DNA of 64,000 bases from an uncultured Alphaproteobacteria bacterium (GCA_963798095.1 CAWCSD010000024.1:6526-70525); one strand, 5' to 3'. Numbered from the stretch's first letter, positions 47,870-56,562 are shown. Program-made: numbers and translations. The notes: generated by a model not told the origin, from the sequence alone.

Positions 47870-48493
47870 ATGCCCAATATAACCATGCTGGACATCGAGG
47901 CGTTGCGGGCCACCAAGCTCAAACCGTATATCGACAAGTGTCTCGAACACCGCGCTCCCGATCCAGGCTTTCACGCTGTAATGGGTCACAACATCGATCT
48001 TTGCGAGGCGATGTTTGTGGCTTGGGACGCCTGCTTCAACAAGGGCAGCATTCCGCATAAGCTTAAAGAGATCATTCGCGTGCAACTCTCGCGCGCCGCG
48101 TCCTGCACTTATTGAGGCAATGTTCGGTCTGCTTCGGCGAAGCGACAGGGACTGTCGGAAGCGCTACTCGACGAAGGCATCGACAATTATGCCGCGAGCG
48201 AGCGCTTTACGCCGGCCGAGAAGATTGCGCTGCGTTACAGCGAGATGATGTCGGTCAATCCTGGCGCGGTCGACGCCGCGTTGTTCGATGAGCTGCGGCA
48301 CCACTACAGCGACGACGAGATCGTCGAGCTTGGCGCCTTCATCGGCTTTAACCTCGGCTATCACACGTTCTTCGGCACACTAAAATTCTATCCGCTGTTT
48401 TCGCCCGACGGCCGGCTCGTGAGCCAAGCCGAATCGGAGAAGCTCTACGGTGCGGCGCCTGTCTCGCTCGGCAAAACGGAGGCGGCAGAATGA
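47870..48493 (+). CDS. AhpD/carboxymuconolactone-decarboxylase-family protein with one in-frame TGA at 48113..48115 (Sec candidate or nonsense pseudogene)
   Basis: ORFs 47870..48115 and 48245..48493 share one frame, and 48116..48244 has no other stop. The read-through product has ...RAAS-C-T-Y-[TGA]-GNVRS..., so the TGA replaces the second Cys of CxxC. Confidence 0.65.
48131..48162 (+). other. Stem-loops 16-47 nt downstream of the in-frame TGA (candidate bacterial SECIS)
   Basis: GCTTCG-g-CGAAGC (48131..48143). CGACAG-gga-CTGTCG (48143..48157). An outer pairing GCTTC (48131-35) with GAAGC (48158-62) is possible. G-containing apical loops. Confidence 0.3.
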
Positions 48494-49044
48494 CCTACAT
48501 TGCGCCGCTGCCAATGGAGGCTATCGCCGATCCCGAGCTGCGCGCGCTCATGGCCGAAGCTGAGGTACTCGGCGTGCCTGACGATTTGTTTCCACGCATC
48601 GTCGCCCGCGCGCCGGAGCAAGCGGTGCCGCTGATGCGCGCGCTCATCATGAGCCACACGAAGGGCAATGTCGATCACACGCTCAAGGAGATCATGCGAA
48701 TTCTTTTGGCGCGCTTCGCCAGCGACAGATATTTCGCCGGCCTGCGCTCAAACAAGGCCCGCGCCATGGGCTTGACGGAAGCGCGCATCGACGACGGCTG
48801 CTTTGCCTACGAGGACGAATCAAAGAGCTTCGGCGCCGCCGAAATATGTGCGCTGCGCTATGCCGATCTGATGTTTCTCGATGCCAATCAAATCGACAGC
48901 GCGTTCTACGATGAGATGAAGAAGCACTGGAGCGAAGCGCAAATCATGGAACTCGGCGCCTTCATCGCTTTCCACTATGGCATGCAGATGTTCATGCGCT
49001 CTCTAGGCGCTGTTCCGCGTCAAATCTCTGATCGATCTCGGTAG
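48490..49044 (+). CDS. AhpD/CMD-family paralogue without the CxxC motif
   Basis: ATGA overlap with the upstream gene. ARFASDRYFAGLRS aligns with SRAASCTY*GNVRS. The C-terminal EIMELGAFIAFHYG is equivalent to EIVELGAFIGFNLG. Confidence 0.75.
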   Translation: MTYIAPLPMEAIADPELRALMAEAEVLGVPDDLFPRIVARAPEQAVPLMRALIMSHTKGNVDHTLKEIMRILLARFASDRYFAGLRSNKARAMGLTEARIDDGCFAYEDESKSFGAAEICALRYADLMFLDANQIDSAFYDEMKKHWSEAQIMELGAFIAFHYGMQMFMRSLGAVPRQISDRSR

Positions 49045-49097
49045 CTTTGTTGAGTAATTCCTCGGCGATTTTCTGAAGTTGTTGCTTTAGCCGGACT

Positions 49098-49452
49098 TCA
49101 GAGCATTGCCGTCGCGAAAGTCATGATCGTACAGGCGTTGTGCAGGTACTCGTCGATCAGCTTGTTGTAGAGGCGGACGCGATGCGCGGGCCAATGGCGT
49201 CTTCGGCATCAGCGGCGGATCGGGAAGTGCCTCGTCGATGTAATAAAGGATCAGCGAGGACTCGATGATGACATTGCCGTCGTGAACCAGTGTCGGCACC
49301 ACGCCGTTCGGATTGAGCTTCATATAAGCAGGGTCGTTCTGGTCGCCCTGCAACGTGAGCAGATGCTCTTTGATCTGCTGGTCCTTTTCGAAGAGCGCGA
49401 TCCGAACCTTCTGGGCGCAGACCGAGTTAATATTGTGATAAAGCTCGAGCAT
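49098..49452 (-). pseudogene. Glutathione S-transferase remnant (frameshifted, C-terminal domain missing)
   Basis: The thioredoxin-like N domain is intact (LELYHNINSVCAQKVRIAL...NPNGVVPTLVHDGNVIIESSLILYYID). After ...PLARA the homology continues in another frame (HRVRLYNKLIDEYLHNAC) and stops at 49098. Confidence 0.65.
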
Positions 49453-49504
49453 GCGTCCTCCTTTAAATGTTTTCTTGTGAGTTCGGTCGATTGCCGCCTG
49501 GCGC

Positions 49505-50479
49505 CTAGGCCGCCAATCTTGCGCGATCGTGCGGTTGACCGAAATCGACCGGTGTTCCCTTTGGGATGATCATTGTCGGGTTCACTTTGGCGATCGAATA
49601 GTAATTGATGACGTAGTAGCGCGGCGTCACCGTCGCGGCGACACCCGGCACCTGATAGAGCTCGCGCATATAGTTCGAAAGGTTCGGATAGTCGGCGATG
49701 CGCTGCCGATTGCATTTGAACAGCGAGAAATAAGCGACGTCGAAGCGCACCAGAGTGGGAAACAGTCGCCAATCCGCCTCGGTGATCTGATCGCCGACCA
49801 GATAGCGTTGACGGGACAGCCTATTCTCGATCCAGTCGAGCGTCGCAAAAAGCCCGTCATAGGCTTCCTCGTAGGCCGCCTGGCTCTTGGCGAAGCCGGC
49901 GCGATAGACGCCATTATTGACGTCGCGATAGATGCGTTCGTTGACGGCGTCGATCTCCGCCCGCAGGCTGACCGGATAGAAGTCGGCGCGATCGCCGGTG
50001 AAGTCGTTGAACTCGGAATTGAACATCCGAATGATCTCGGAGGACTCGTTATTGACGATGCGCCCGGTCGTCCTGTCCCAAAGGGTCGGGACGGTGACCT
50101 TGCCGGTGTAATTTGGATTGCTCGCGACGTAGGCTTCGTAGAGATACTGGAAGCCGTTCACTTCATCGGGAATGCAATCCGGATAGCGCGGATCGCGCGC
50201 GAAGGTCCATCCCTTCTGCTTGAGCCCCGGCACCGCGTAGGCCACCGAGACGATGTTTTCGAGCTTCTTGAGCGCGCGATAGATCAGCGTCCGGTGCGCC
50301 CAGGGGCAGCCGTGCGCTACATAGAGATGGTAGCGGCCGGGCTCGGCTTTGAAGCCCGACGAACCGTCGGCGCTGATGCGGTCGCGAAAAACGCTGTCGG
50401 CCCGCTTGAACTGTCCGCTTTTCCCGGTCTCCTCCGGCAGCTCGCCGTCGGTCCACTTGCCTTGGATTACAACGCCCAT
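49505..50479 (-). CDS. yqjG: Glutathionyl-hydroquinone reductase (Xi-class GST)
   Basis: 324 aa, uninterrupted. Hallmark GRYHLYVAHGCPWAHRTL, VPTLWD and NGVYRAGFA. Confidence 0.88.
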   Translation of the reverse strand: MGVVIQGKWTDGELPEETGKSGQFKRADSVFRDRISADGSSGFKAEPGRYHLYVAHGCPWAHRTLIYRALKKLENIVSVAYAVPGLKQKGWTFARDPRYPDCIPDEVNGFQYLYEAYVASNPNYTGKVTVPTLWDRTTGRIVNNESSEIIRMFNSEFNDFTGDRADFYPVSLRAEIDAVNERIYRDVNNGVYRAGFAKSQAAYEEAYDGLFATLDWIENRLSRQRYLVGDQITEADWRLFPTLVRFDVAYFSLFKCNRQRIADYPNLSNYMRELYQVPGVAATVTPRYYVINYYSIAKVNPTMIIPKGTPVDFGQPHDRARLAA

Positions 50480-50551
50480 TGCGTCACTCCGGGGGATACG
50501 GTTGAGGTTGATTTTGTATCAGTCGCTATATAACGTCAAGGGCGCCAAAGG

Positions 50552-51186
50552 ATGGCGAGGCAATTTGGCATGCCGCGACCGCGGGAGTTCGACGAAACTG
50601 CGGCGCTCGATGCAGCGATCGAGTGCTTTTGGCGTCGCGGCTATGAGGCGACGTCGCTGCGCGACCTTACTGCAGCGATGGGGCTGACGGCGCCGAGCCT
50701 TTACAACGCCTTCGGCGACAAGGAGGAACTGTTCGCGCTCGCGCTCGAGCGCTATCTCGATAGCAACACGCGCGGCCGGCTGCGCCGTCTCGAGGAGACG
50801 CTTGCGCCCAAGCAGGCGATCGCGCGATTTTTCGCGGGAGATCGTCGAGCACTCGGTGAACGATCGACAGCGCAAAGGGTGTTTCTTGGTCAACTCGGCG
50901 CTCGAGATTGCGCCGCATCATGCGCAATGCCGCGCCGTCATCGCCAGGCAGTTCCAGGGCATCGAGGGATTCTTCGCGAGGTGCATTCTCGCGGCTCAAG
51001 CCGAAGGAACGGTCCCGCTCGAGGTCGACGCAGACGACGTCGCTAAGCTCCTTGTTAGGCGTGCTGCTCGGCGTGCGCGTGCTGGCGCGCACAAATCCGA
51101 GCCGTGGCGTGCTCGAGGGCATCGTGCGCCCTGCGCTCGCACTGCTCGACCCGCCGCACCACGGTCAAAAGAGAGGAAAGCGATGA
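50552..51186 (+). pseudogene. TetR-family regulator, two frameshifts
   Basis: The HTH (AAIECFWRRGYEATSLRDLTAAMGLTAPSLYNAFGDKEELF) is in frame 1. REIVEHSVNDRQRKGCFLVNSALE... is in frame 2 from about 50830. LGVLLGVRVLARTNPSRGVLEGIV... is in frame 3 from about 51050. Confidence 0.7.
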
Positions 51187-51888
51187 TCGACCTTTATTAT
51201 TGGACGACCCCGAACGGCCACAAGATCACGATCTTCCTCGAAGAGGCACGGGCTTGCCCTATCGGATCGTGCCGGTCAATATCAGCAAGGGCGAGCAGTT
51301 TAAGCCGGAATTCCTAGCGATTTCGCCGAACAATCGCATGCCCGCGATCGTCGATCGATGCGCCGAAGGACGGTGGCTACCCGGTTTCGGTTTTCGAATC
51401 CGGCGCCATCCTCGTCTATCTCGCCGAGAAGACCGGCAAGTATCTGCCGACCGGACTTTCGCGAGCCGCAGTCGCGTCATGGAATGGCTGTTCTGGCAGA
51501 TGGCCGGGCTCGGGCCGATGGCAGGCCAGAACCATCACTTCTCGCAATATGCGCCGGAAAAGATCCCCTACGCGATCGAGCGCTACGTCAAAGAGACGAA
51601 CCGCCTATATGGCGTGCTCAACAAGCGACTCGCGGATCATGAATTCGTCGCCGGCCGACTATTCGATCGCCGATATGGCGGCCTATCCCTGGATCGTCCC
51701 TTATGAGCGGCAGGGCCAGAAGCTCGAAGATTTTCCGAATCTGAAGCGCTGGTTCGAAGCGATGCGCGACGCGGCCGGCGGTCAAGCGCGCCTACGCGCG
51801 GGCCAAGGAGATCAATACAACGCCGACGGTCAGCGAGGAATCGAAGAGGATCCTCTTCGGCCAGACAGCGGCCGTGGCCGCTCGCTGA
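51183..51888 (+). pseudogene. YfcG-like glutathione S-transferase, five frameshifts
   Basis: Collinear with E. coli YfcG as I recall it: MIDLYYWTTPNGHKITIFLEEA | GLPYRIVPVNISKGEQFKPEFLAISPNNRMPAIVDR | DAPKDGGYPVSVFESGAILVYLAEKTGKYLP | SRVMEWLFWQMAGLGPMAGQNHHF...FVAG | DYSIADMAAYPW... | RPAVKRAY...AAR*. The frame order is 0,2,0,2,0,1. Confidence 0.75.
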
Positions 51889-51906
51889 GCCGACGTGCAA
51901 AACCGA

Positions 51907-52602
51907 ATGACACTGCGTCTCTACGATCTCGCCGGCGCCGATCCGGATCGGCGTTTCAGCCCATATTGCTGGCGCACACGGCTCGCCCTGGCGCACAAGA
52001 GAGCTTACGGTCGAAACCGATCCCGTGGCGCTTTACCGAAAAGGCGGCGATCGCCCCGTCGGGCCAAGGCGTTCGTCCCGGTCCTGGTCGACGGCGATCG
52101 TTGGATCGCCGATTCCTGGACCATCGCGAACTATCTCGAAGACACCTATCCCGATCGCCCGTCTCTGTTGGCGGTACCGCCGCCGGCGAGACCTGACCCG
52201 CTTCTATTCGATCCTCGCCGACGCGTCTGGTCAGCGGCGATTTTTCCGTTCATCGCGCTCGATATCCTGCGGCATCGTCGCACGGACAAGGATCGCGACT
52301 ATTTCCGCACCAGCCGCGAAAAGCGCGTCGGCATGACGCTGGAGGCATTCGTCGCCGACCGCGAGGCGAAGCTTCCCGCCTTTCGCGCCAGCCTCACGCC
52401 GCTGCGTCTCACGCTGAAGCGCAGCCGTTCTTCGGCGGCGACGAGCCGCTCTATGCCGACTATGCCGTGTTCGGCCCATTCCAATGGGCACGCTGCATCA
52501 GCCCGTTCGCGCTGCTGGACGAGGACGATCCGGTCAGGCTGTGGCGCGATCGCTTGCTCGATCGTTTCGACGGCGCTGGCGCGCAAGTCCGCCGGCCTAT
52601 GA
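51907..52602 (+). pseudogene. Glutathione S-transferase, at least five frameshifts
   Basis: The segments MTLRLYDLAGADPDRRFSPYCWRTRLALAHK, IPWRFTEKAAIAPSGQG, VPVLVDGDRWIADSWTIANYLEDTYPDRPSL, LTRFYSILADASGQ, ...DRDYFRTSREKRVGMTLEAF... and QPFFGGDEPLYADYAVFGPFQWARCISPF... alternate between frames. Confidence 0.6.
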
Positions 52603-52645
52603 CGTCTGAGTTCATCTCCATGCACTGAAATGAAGTGAGGTCATC

Positions 52646-53304
52646 ATGTCCCTGAAAGAACAGCTCGCCGAATATCGCGCCGGCTGGTTCAAGCGCGTTC
52701 CGGCGGAACGGCAAGCCGATCATGGAGCGCCACATCGAGCAGCTTCGCAACGGTCTCGCGAAGACGGCCCTGAAGGCAGGCGATCGCGCGCCGTCGATCG
52801 TACTCGTGCAACGCCAAGGGCGAAACCGTCGACGTCGGTGCACTCTTGAGGAAAGGACCGGTCATCGTCACCTTCTATCGCGGCGGCTGGTGCCCGTACT
52901 GCAACCTTGAACTGCAGGCGTTCCAGCAGGTCCTGCCCGAGATCGAGGCAGCAGGCGCATCGCTGGTGGCGATCAGCCCCGAAAAGCCCGACGACACGCT
53001 GTCGACCGCGGAGAAAAACGCGCTCACCTTCGAAGTGCTGAGCGATGTCGGCCAGAAGGTCGGCCGCGCGTTCGGGCTGGTCTATGATTTCAGCGATGAG
53101 CTGAAATGCGCTTACAAGGAGTTCGGCCTGGACATTCCCGGCAAGAAATGCGCGCCGGTGAATGGGCGTTGCCGATTTCGGCCACCTACGTCATCGACCG
53201 CGACGGCTCCATCGTCTATGCCTATACGGATGCGGATTATCGCGATCGGCGGGAGAACCCCAAGTGTCCTAGCGGTGCTAATGCGAAATGCCGCCGCAGC
53301 GTAA
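52646..53304 (+). pseudogene. Peroxiredoxin-like (AhpC/TSA family) protein, at least four frameshifts
   Basis: MSLKEQLAEYRAGWFKRVPAERQA | MERHIEQLRNGLAKTALKAGDRAPSIVL | KGPVIVTFYRGGWCPYCNLELQAF...GLDIPGK | GEWALPISATYVIDRDGSIVYAYTDADYRDR | PSVLAVLMRNAAAA*. The last two shifts compensate for each other. Confidence 0.7.
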
Positions 53305-53361
53305 GGCTGCTAGACGACTTCCAGCCACGGGCGCTTCGCTTCCGCTTATCGTGCGGACAAT

Positions 53362-53775
53362 ATGGGCCGTGATCCGTTGGATATACTATATGCCTCAGGC
53401 GCGTCATATGCGGTAAATCTTGCTGGAGACCGGTTCGAACTCTGGCACCCTGGCAGCCAGTTCAGCCGGGAGGTGCACACGGCCTTTCTGTCGGCTGGAA
53501 CCGCAAAAAGTCTCCGGTCGCGGTTCGTTCCGATATTGCGGGAATTTCGGGCCATATTTAGAAGGCCAGATCCCAAATTGAGCATTGGCGGTTCGAATCT
53601 CGCCAGGGCAACGCGCGAGATGCTCGGTGCGGTTGGCGGCGCTGCCGTCAATTACGCCTTTGTCGAGCATTTTCAGGAGATGGCGCGAGGTCATTTCACC
53701 GTTCGCCGGCTCGAACGAGTCTACGGCAAGGCCGTTGTCCGGACCGAATATGAGCGCCTGGCGCAAAACCGCTGA
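53362..53775 (+). CDS. Hypothetical protein (137 aa)
   Basis: Open frame only; no recognisable motif. May be a fragment. Confidence 0.3.
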   Translation: MGRDPLDILYASGASYAVNLAGDRFELWHPGSQFSREVHTAFLSAGTAKSLRSRFVPILREFRAIFRRPDPKLSIGGSNLARATREMLGAVGGAAVNYAFVEHFQEMARGHFTVRRLERVYGKAVVRTEYERLAQNR

Positions 53776-53837
53776 TGGCCAATAATCCGAAATGAGCTAA
53801 TCGGCGTTCCGAGCTTCTTAGCGCCTCGCGCGCACTA

Positions 53838-54470
53838 TCAAGCTGCTGCCGATGCATGCAGCAAGCCTCCGATTGCTAGCCGCGTGACGAGCTCGGTCAA
53901 TTCATCTGTGAATGGCTCGTCGGTCGTGATGCTGAACGGCTCGTGCGCGAATAGCTCGCGATTCCGCACGAAAATGCTGCATTGGCCCATGAGCCAGATG
54001 GCCACGCATAGGGCGGCCCGTTTCTGTGTGTCAGGAGGTAGGAATCGGCGCACGATATCGACCGCAGTGGTCAGATAGGAGCCCGTATTCGTCGCCATGA
54101 ACTTGAGAAAGATCTTGCTGGGATGGGCGCTCTCCCAGGCGAAAAGGCGAATGTAGCGGCTCATCTCGTCGCGAAATAGGAGCGGCCGCAATTGCTGGTA
54201 CACGAAGCTTCGCAGAGCCTCTTCACGGGAAAGCGACTTGAGTTTCTCCGGCTCAGATCCCGCATGTTCTGTCAGCTTCTCGAGCGCAGTTTTGAGGACT
54301 TCGAGGTACAACCCGTCCTTGCCTTTGAAATGATAATTGATGGCTGCCTGATTGACCCGAGCTTTGACGACGATGTCCCGCACGCTCGCACCCTGGAAGC
54401 CTTTTTCCGCGAACAGATGGACGGCGGCCTTGATAATGGAACCGCGAGTGTTTTCGGCCGGACGGGACAT
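53838..54470 (-). CDS. TetR-family transcriptional regulator (CerR-type C-terminal domain)
   Basis: MSRPAENTRGSIIKAAVHLFAEKGFQGASVRDIVVKARVNQAAINYHFKGKDGLY. The ATG at 54470 lies 11 nt from the first palindromic operator. Confidence 0.8.
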   Translation of the reverse strand: MSRPAENTRGSIIKAAVHLFAEKGFQGASVRDIVVKARVNQAAINYHFKGKDGLYLEVLKTALEKLTEHAGSEPEKLKSLSREEALRSFVYQQLRPLLFRDEMSRYIRLFAWESAHPSKIFLKFMATNTGSYLTTAVDIVRRFLPPDTQKRAALCVAIWLMGQCSIFVRNRELFAHEPFSITTDEPFTDELTELVTRLAIGGLLHASAAA

Positions 54471-54480
54471 GGGTTTCCAA

Positions 54481-54498
54481 TTCAAACGACTGTTTGAA
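54481..54498. promoter_or_regulatory. Palindromic operator O1 (TTCAAAC-gact-GTTTGAA)
   Basis: The 16-nt core TCAAACGACTGTTTGA is repeated exactly at 54558..54573. It sits in the TetR 5' region. Confidence 0.55.
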
Positions 54499-54556
54499 CT
54501 TAATGTCATAACGTCCGCCAGAAGGCAAACAGCCTGGCGAAACGTCATCTTTTGGC

Positions 54557-54575
54557 CTCAAACGACTGTTTGAAT
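54557..54575. promoter_or_regulatory. Palindromic operator O2 (same 16-nt core), plus a half-site GTCGTTTGA at 54597..54605
   Basis: Exact second copy 76 bp from O1. The third element is the reverse complement of the left half-site TCAAACGAC. Confidence 0.5.
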
Positions 54576-54661
54576 TTCAAATGATCGTATGATATAGTCG
54601 TTTGAAAGCAAGGACTGGATATGCAGAAACTTCAATGCTTACGGATATTCGGGGATCTTCC

Positions 54662-54910
54662 ATGCTGAAGCGAACATCGAGGTTTGTCTTGGAGGTGTTG
54701 CCGTACCTGCTATCCGCGCTGATTGCGGCGGTCGTTCTGCCCGGGTTCCTCTATTCACAGGCTCACGAAACTAAGGCCGCGGTCACGCCAAACGTCCCCG
54801 GTCTCGAAATGATCCACCGGGACCATGCCATGTTAGCGCCCGACATGCTTCGCGGCCAAAACGGCCGAAGGCAAGGTGGCATATCGCTAAGTAGGGGTCG
54901 ATACCGGTGA
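54662..54910 (+). CDS. Possible small membrane protein divergent from TetR
   Basis: MLKRTSRFVLEVLPYLLSALIAAVVLPGFLY (one TM). Weak coding evidence. Confidence 0.25.
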   Translation: MLKRTSRFVLEVLPYLLSALIAAVVLPGFLYSQAHETKAAVTPNVPGLEMIHRDHAMLAPDMLRGQNGRRQGGISLSRGRYR

Positions 54911-55125
54911 CGCGCCAACTAGTCACAAAACTGAGGAGTTCTGCCATGTCACGCCATTGGCGAACGGTTTCCAAGGCAATTCAAAAACTCGCAACCGGCC
55001 TGCATGAGGTCAAGAGCGAAGGAATGTTCCCTTACGAGACTTACTATGTCCTCGCAACCGATAAAGAGCTCGAGCAACTCTACGATTTGGCAACGACGAG
55101 CATTCACGTAGCGGACGACAATAAA

Positions 55126-56562
55126 CTACGATCCGACAGAGGACATTTGCTCGAGCTGGCTTAGAGGCATGGGCGCACGTTCCAGCGCGGTGAGAAAGCG
55201 GTCGGCCCAGTGTTGGATGTCGTTGTGCGAGAGCACCCGAAACAGCGAGTCGTGCCGCTCGCGACGCTCGGCTAGTGGCATCGAGAGCGCCTGCCCGATG
55301 GCCGCTGCGACGCTGTCGGGATCGTAGGGATTAACCAGTAGCGCTGCTTTACATTCATGAGCCGCCCCAGCGAAACGCGATAGGACAAGCACACCCGGAT
55401 CATCGGGATTCTGCGCGGCGACATATTCCTTTGCGACGAGGTTCATACCGTCACGCAGTGGGGTCACCAGCCCAACGCGCGCGGCGCGATAAAGTCCGGC
55501 AAGTGTCGTGTGGCTATAGGCACGGTTGATGTAGCGGATTGGCGTCCAGTCTGCCTCACCATAGGCGCCGTTGATGCGTCCCGCGGCCGATCCAATCACT
55601 TGCTCCATATCGGCATATTCCGGAATCTCGGTACGGCTCTTGGGCGCGATCTGCAGATAAGTCACTTTTCCCCGCCAGTCAGGTTGCGTCTGGAGGAACA
55701 ACTCGAATGCCGAAAGCCGCTGCGGGATCCCTTTCGAGTAGTCCAGGCGATCGACCCCGATGATGAGCGCACGGCCAACCAGGCTGCTTATCACGCGCTT
55801 AACGAACGGCAATCGCACTGAACGCTGGGCAAGATGGGCGAAGGCCGCAGTCTCGACGCCGACCGGAAACACGTCGATCCGGACCCTCCGGTCGCCGATG
55901 ATGAAGTTGAAATCGTGGCTGTGCAGGCCGCATTCCCGCGTGAGATAACGGCTGAAATTGAAGGCATCATCGCCAGTCTGGAAGCCGACTAGATCGTAAT
56001 CGCAAAGCGACGGAATGAGACGCTCGTGGTGAGGCAACGCAGTCAGTATTTCCGGCGGTGGGCATGGGACGTGAAGGAAAAAGCCGATCCGATTCTTATG
56101 CCCACGCTCGCGCAGCGCCTTGGCAAGCGGCATCAGGTGATAATCATGCACCCAGACGACGTCATCCGGCCCGAGCACCTCGTGCAATTGGCGCGCGAAA
56201 TGATCATTGACACGCAGATAGCCGCTCAGATCCCGGCGCGAGAACTCGGCGAGATCGATGCGGTAGTGCAGGATCGGCCATAGCACCCGATTCGTGAAGC
56301 CATTGTAGTATTCCTGGTGATCCTCTTTGGAGAGATCGAACGTGATGTAGGTAATCTTGTCGTGCACAACCCGCTGCGTAGCGATCTTGGTGTGCGCGGC
56401 AACCTTTCCGCTCCAACCCAACCAAATGCCAGTTTTGTGCTTCAGTGCCGCCCTGACGGCGACTTCAAGCCCGCCGGCGCGCGCCCTTGCATTTTGCTCG
56501 GGAATGCCAACTCTATTCGAGACTATGACAAGCTGTCCCAATAGCGGTCCTCTCTGCGACAC
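55126..56562 (-). CDS. otsA: Alpha,alpha-trehalose-phosphate synthase (UDP-forming)
   Basis: 478 aa. LVIVSNR, YYNGFTNRVLWPILHY, VWVHDYHLMPLA, GVDRLDYSKGI, TPLRDGMNLVAKEY. Confidence 0.92.
   Translation of the reverse strand: MSQRGPLLGQLVIVSNRVGIPEQNARARAGGLEVAVRAALKHKTGIWLGWSGKVAAHTKIATQRVVHDKITYITFDLSKEDHQEYYNGFTNRVLWPILHYRIDLAEFSRRDLSGYLRVNDHFARQLHEVLGPDDVVWVHDYHLMPLAKALRERGHKNRIGFFLHVPCPPPEILTALPHHERLIPSLCDYDLVGFQTGDDAFNFSRYLTRECGLHSHDFNFIIGDRRVRIDVFPVGVETAAFAHLAQRSVRLPFVKRVISSLVGRALIIGVDRLDYSKGIPQRLSAFELFLQTQPDWRGKVTYLQIAPKSRTEIPEYADMEQVIGSAAGRINGAYGEADWTPIRYINRAYSHTTLAGLYRAARVGLVTPLRDGMNLVAKEYVAAQNPDDPGVLVLSRFAGAAHECKAALLVNPYDPDSVAAAIGQALSMPLAERRERHDSLFRVLSHNDIQHWADRFLTALERAPMPLSQLEQMSSVGS

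Noticed and set aside
50480-50551. Imperfect palindrome CGCTATATAACG in the yqjG/TetR divergent region, considered as an operator.
   Set aside because: Only 12 nt with two mismatches, a single copy, and AT-rich, so it could simply be the -10 region. Not enough to call.
51388-51405. TTCGAATCCGGCGCC inside the YfcG-like pseudogene resembles the tRNA-Gln 3' region TTCGAATCCAGGCGCC; considered as the island's far att repeat.
   Set aside because: It encodes the conserved FESGAI motif of YfcG-type GSTs, so the similarity is explained by coding constraint. It also lacks the one-base match and the CCA-proximal part.
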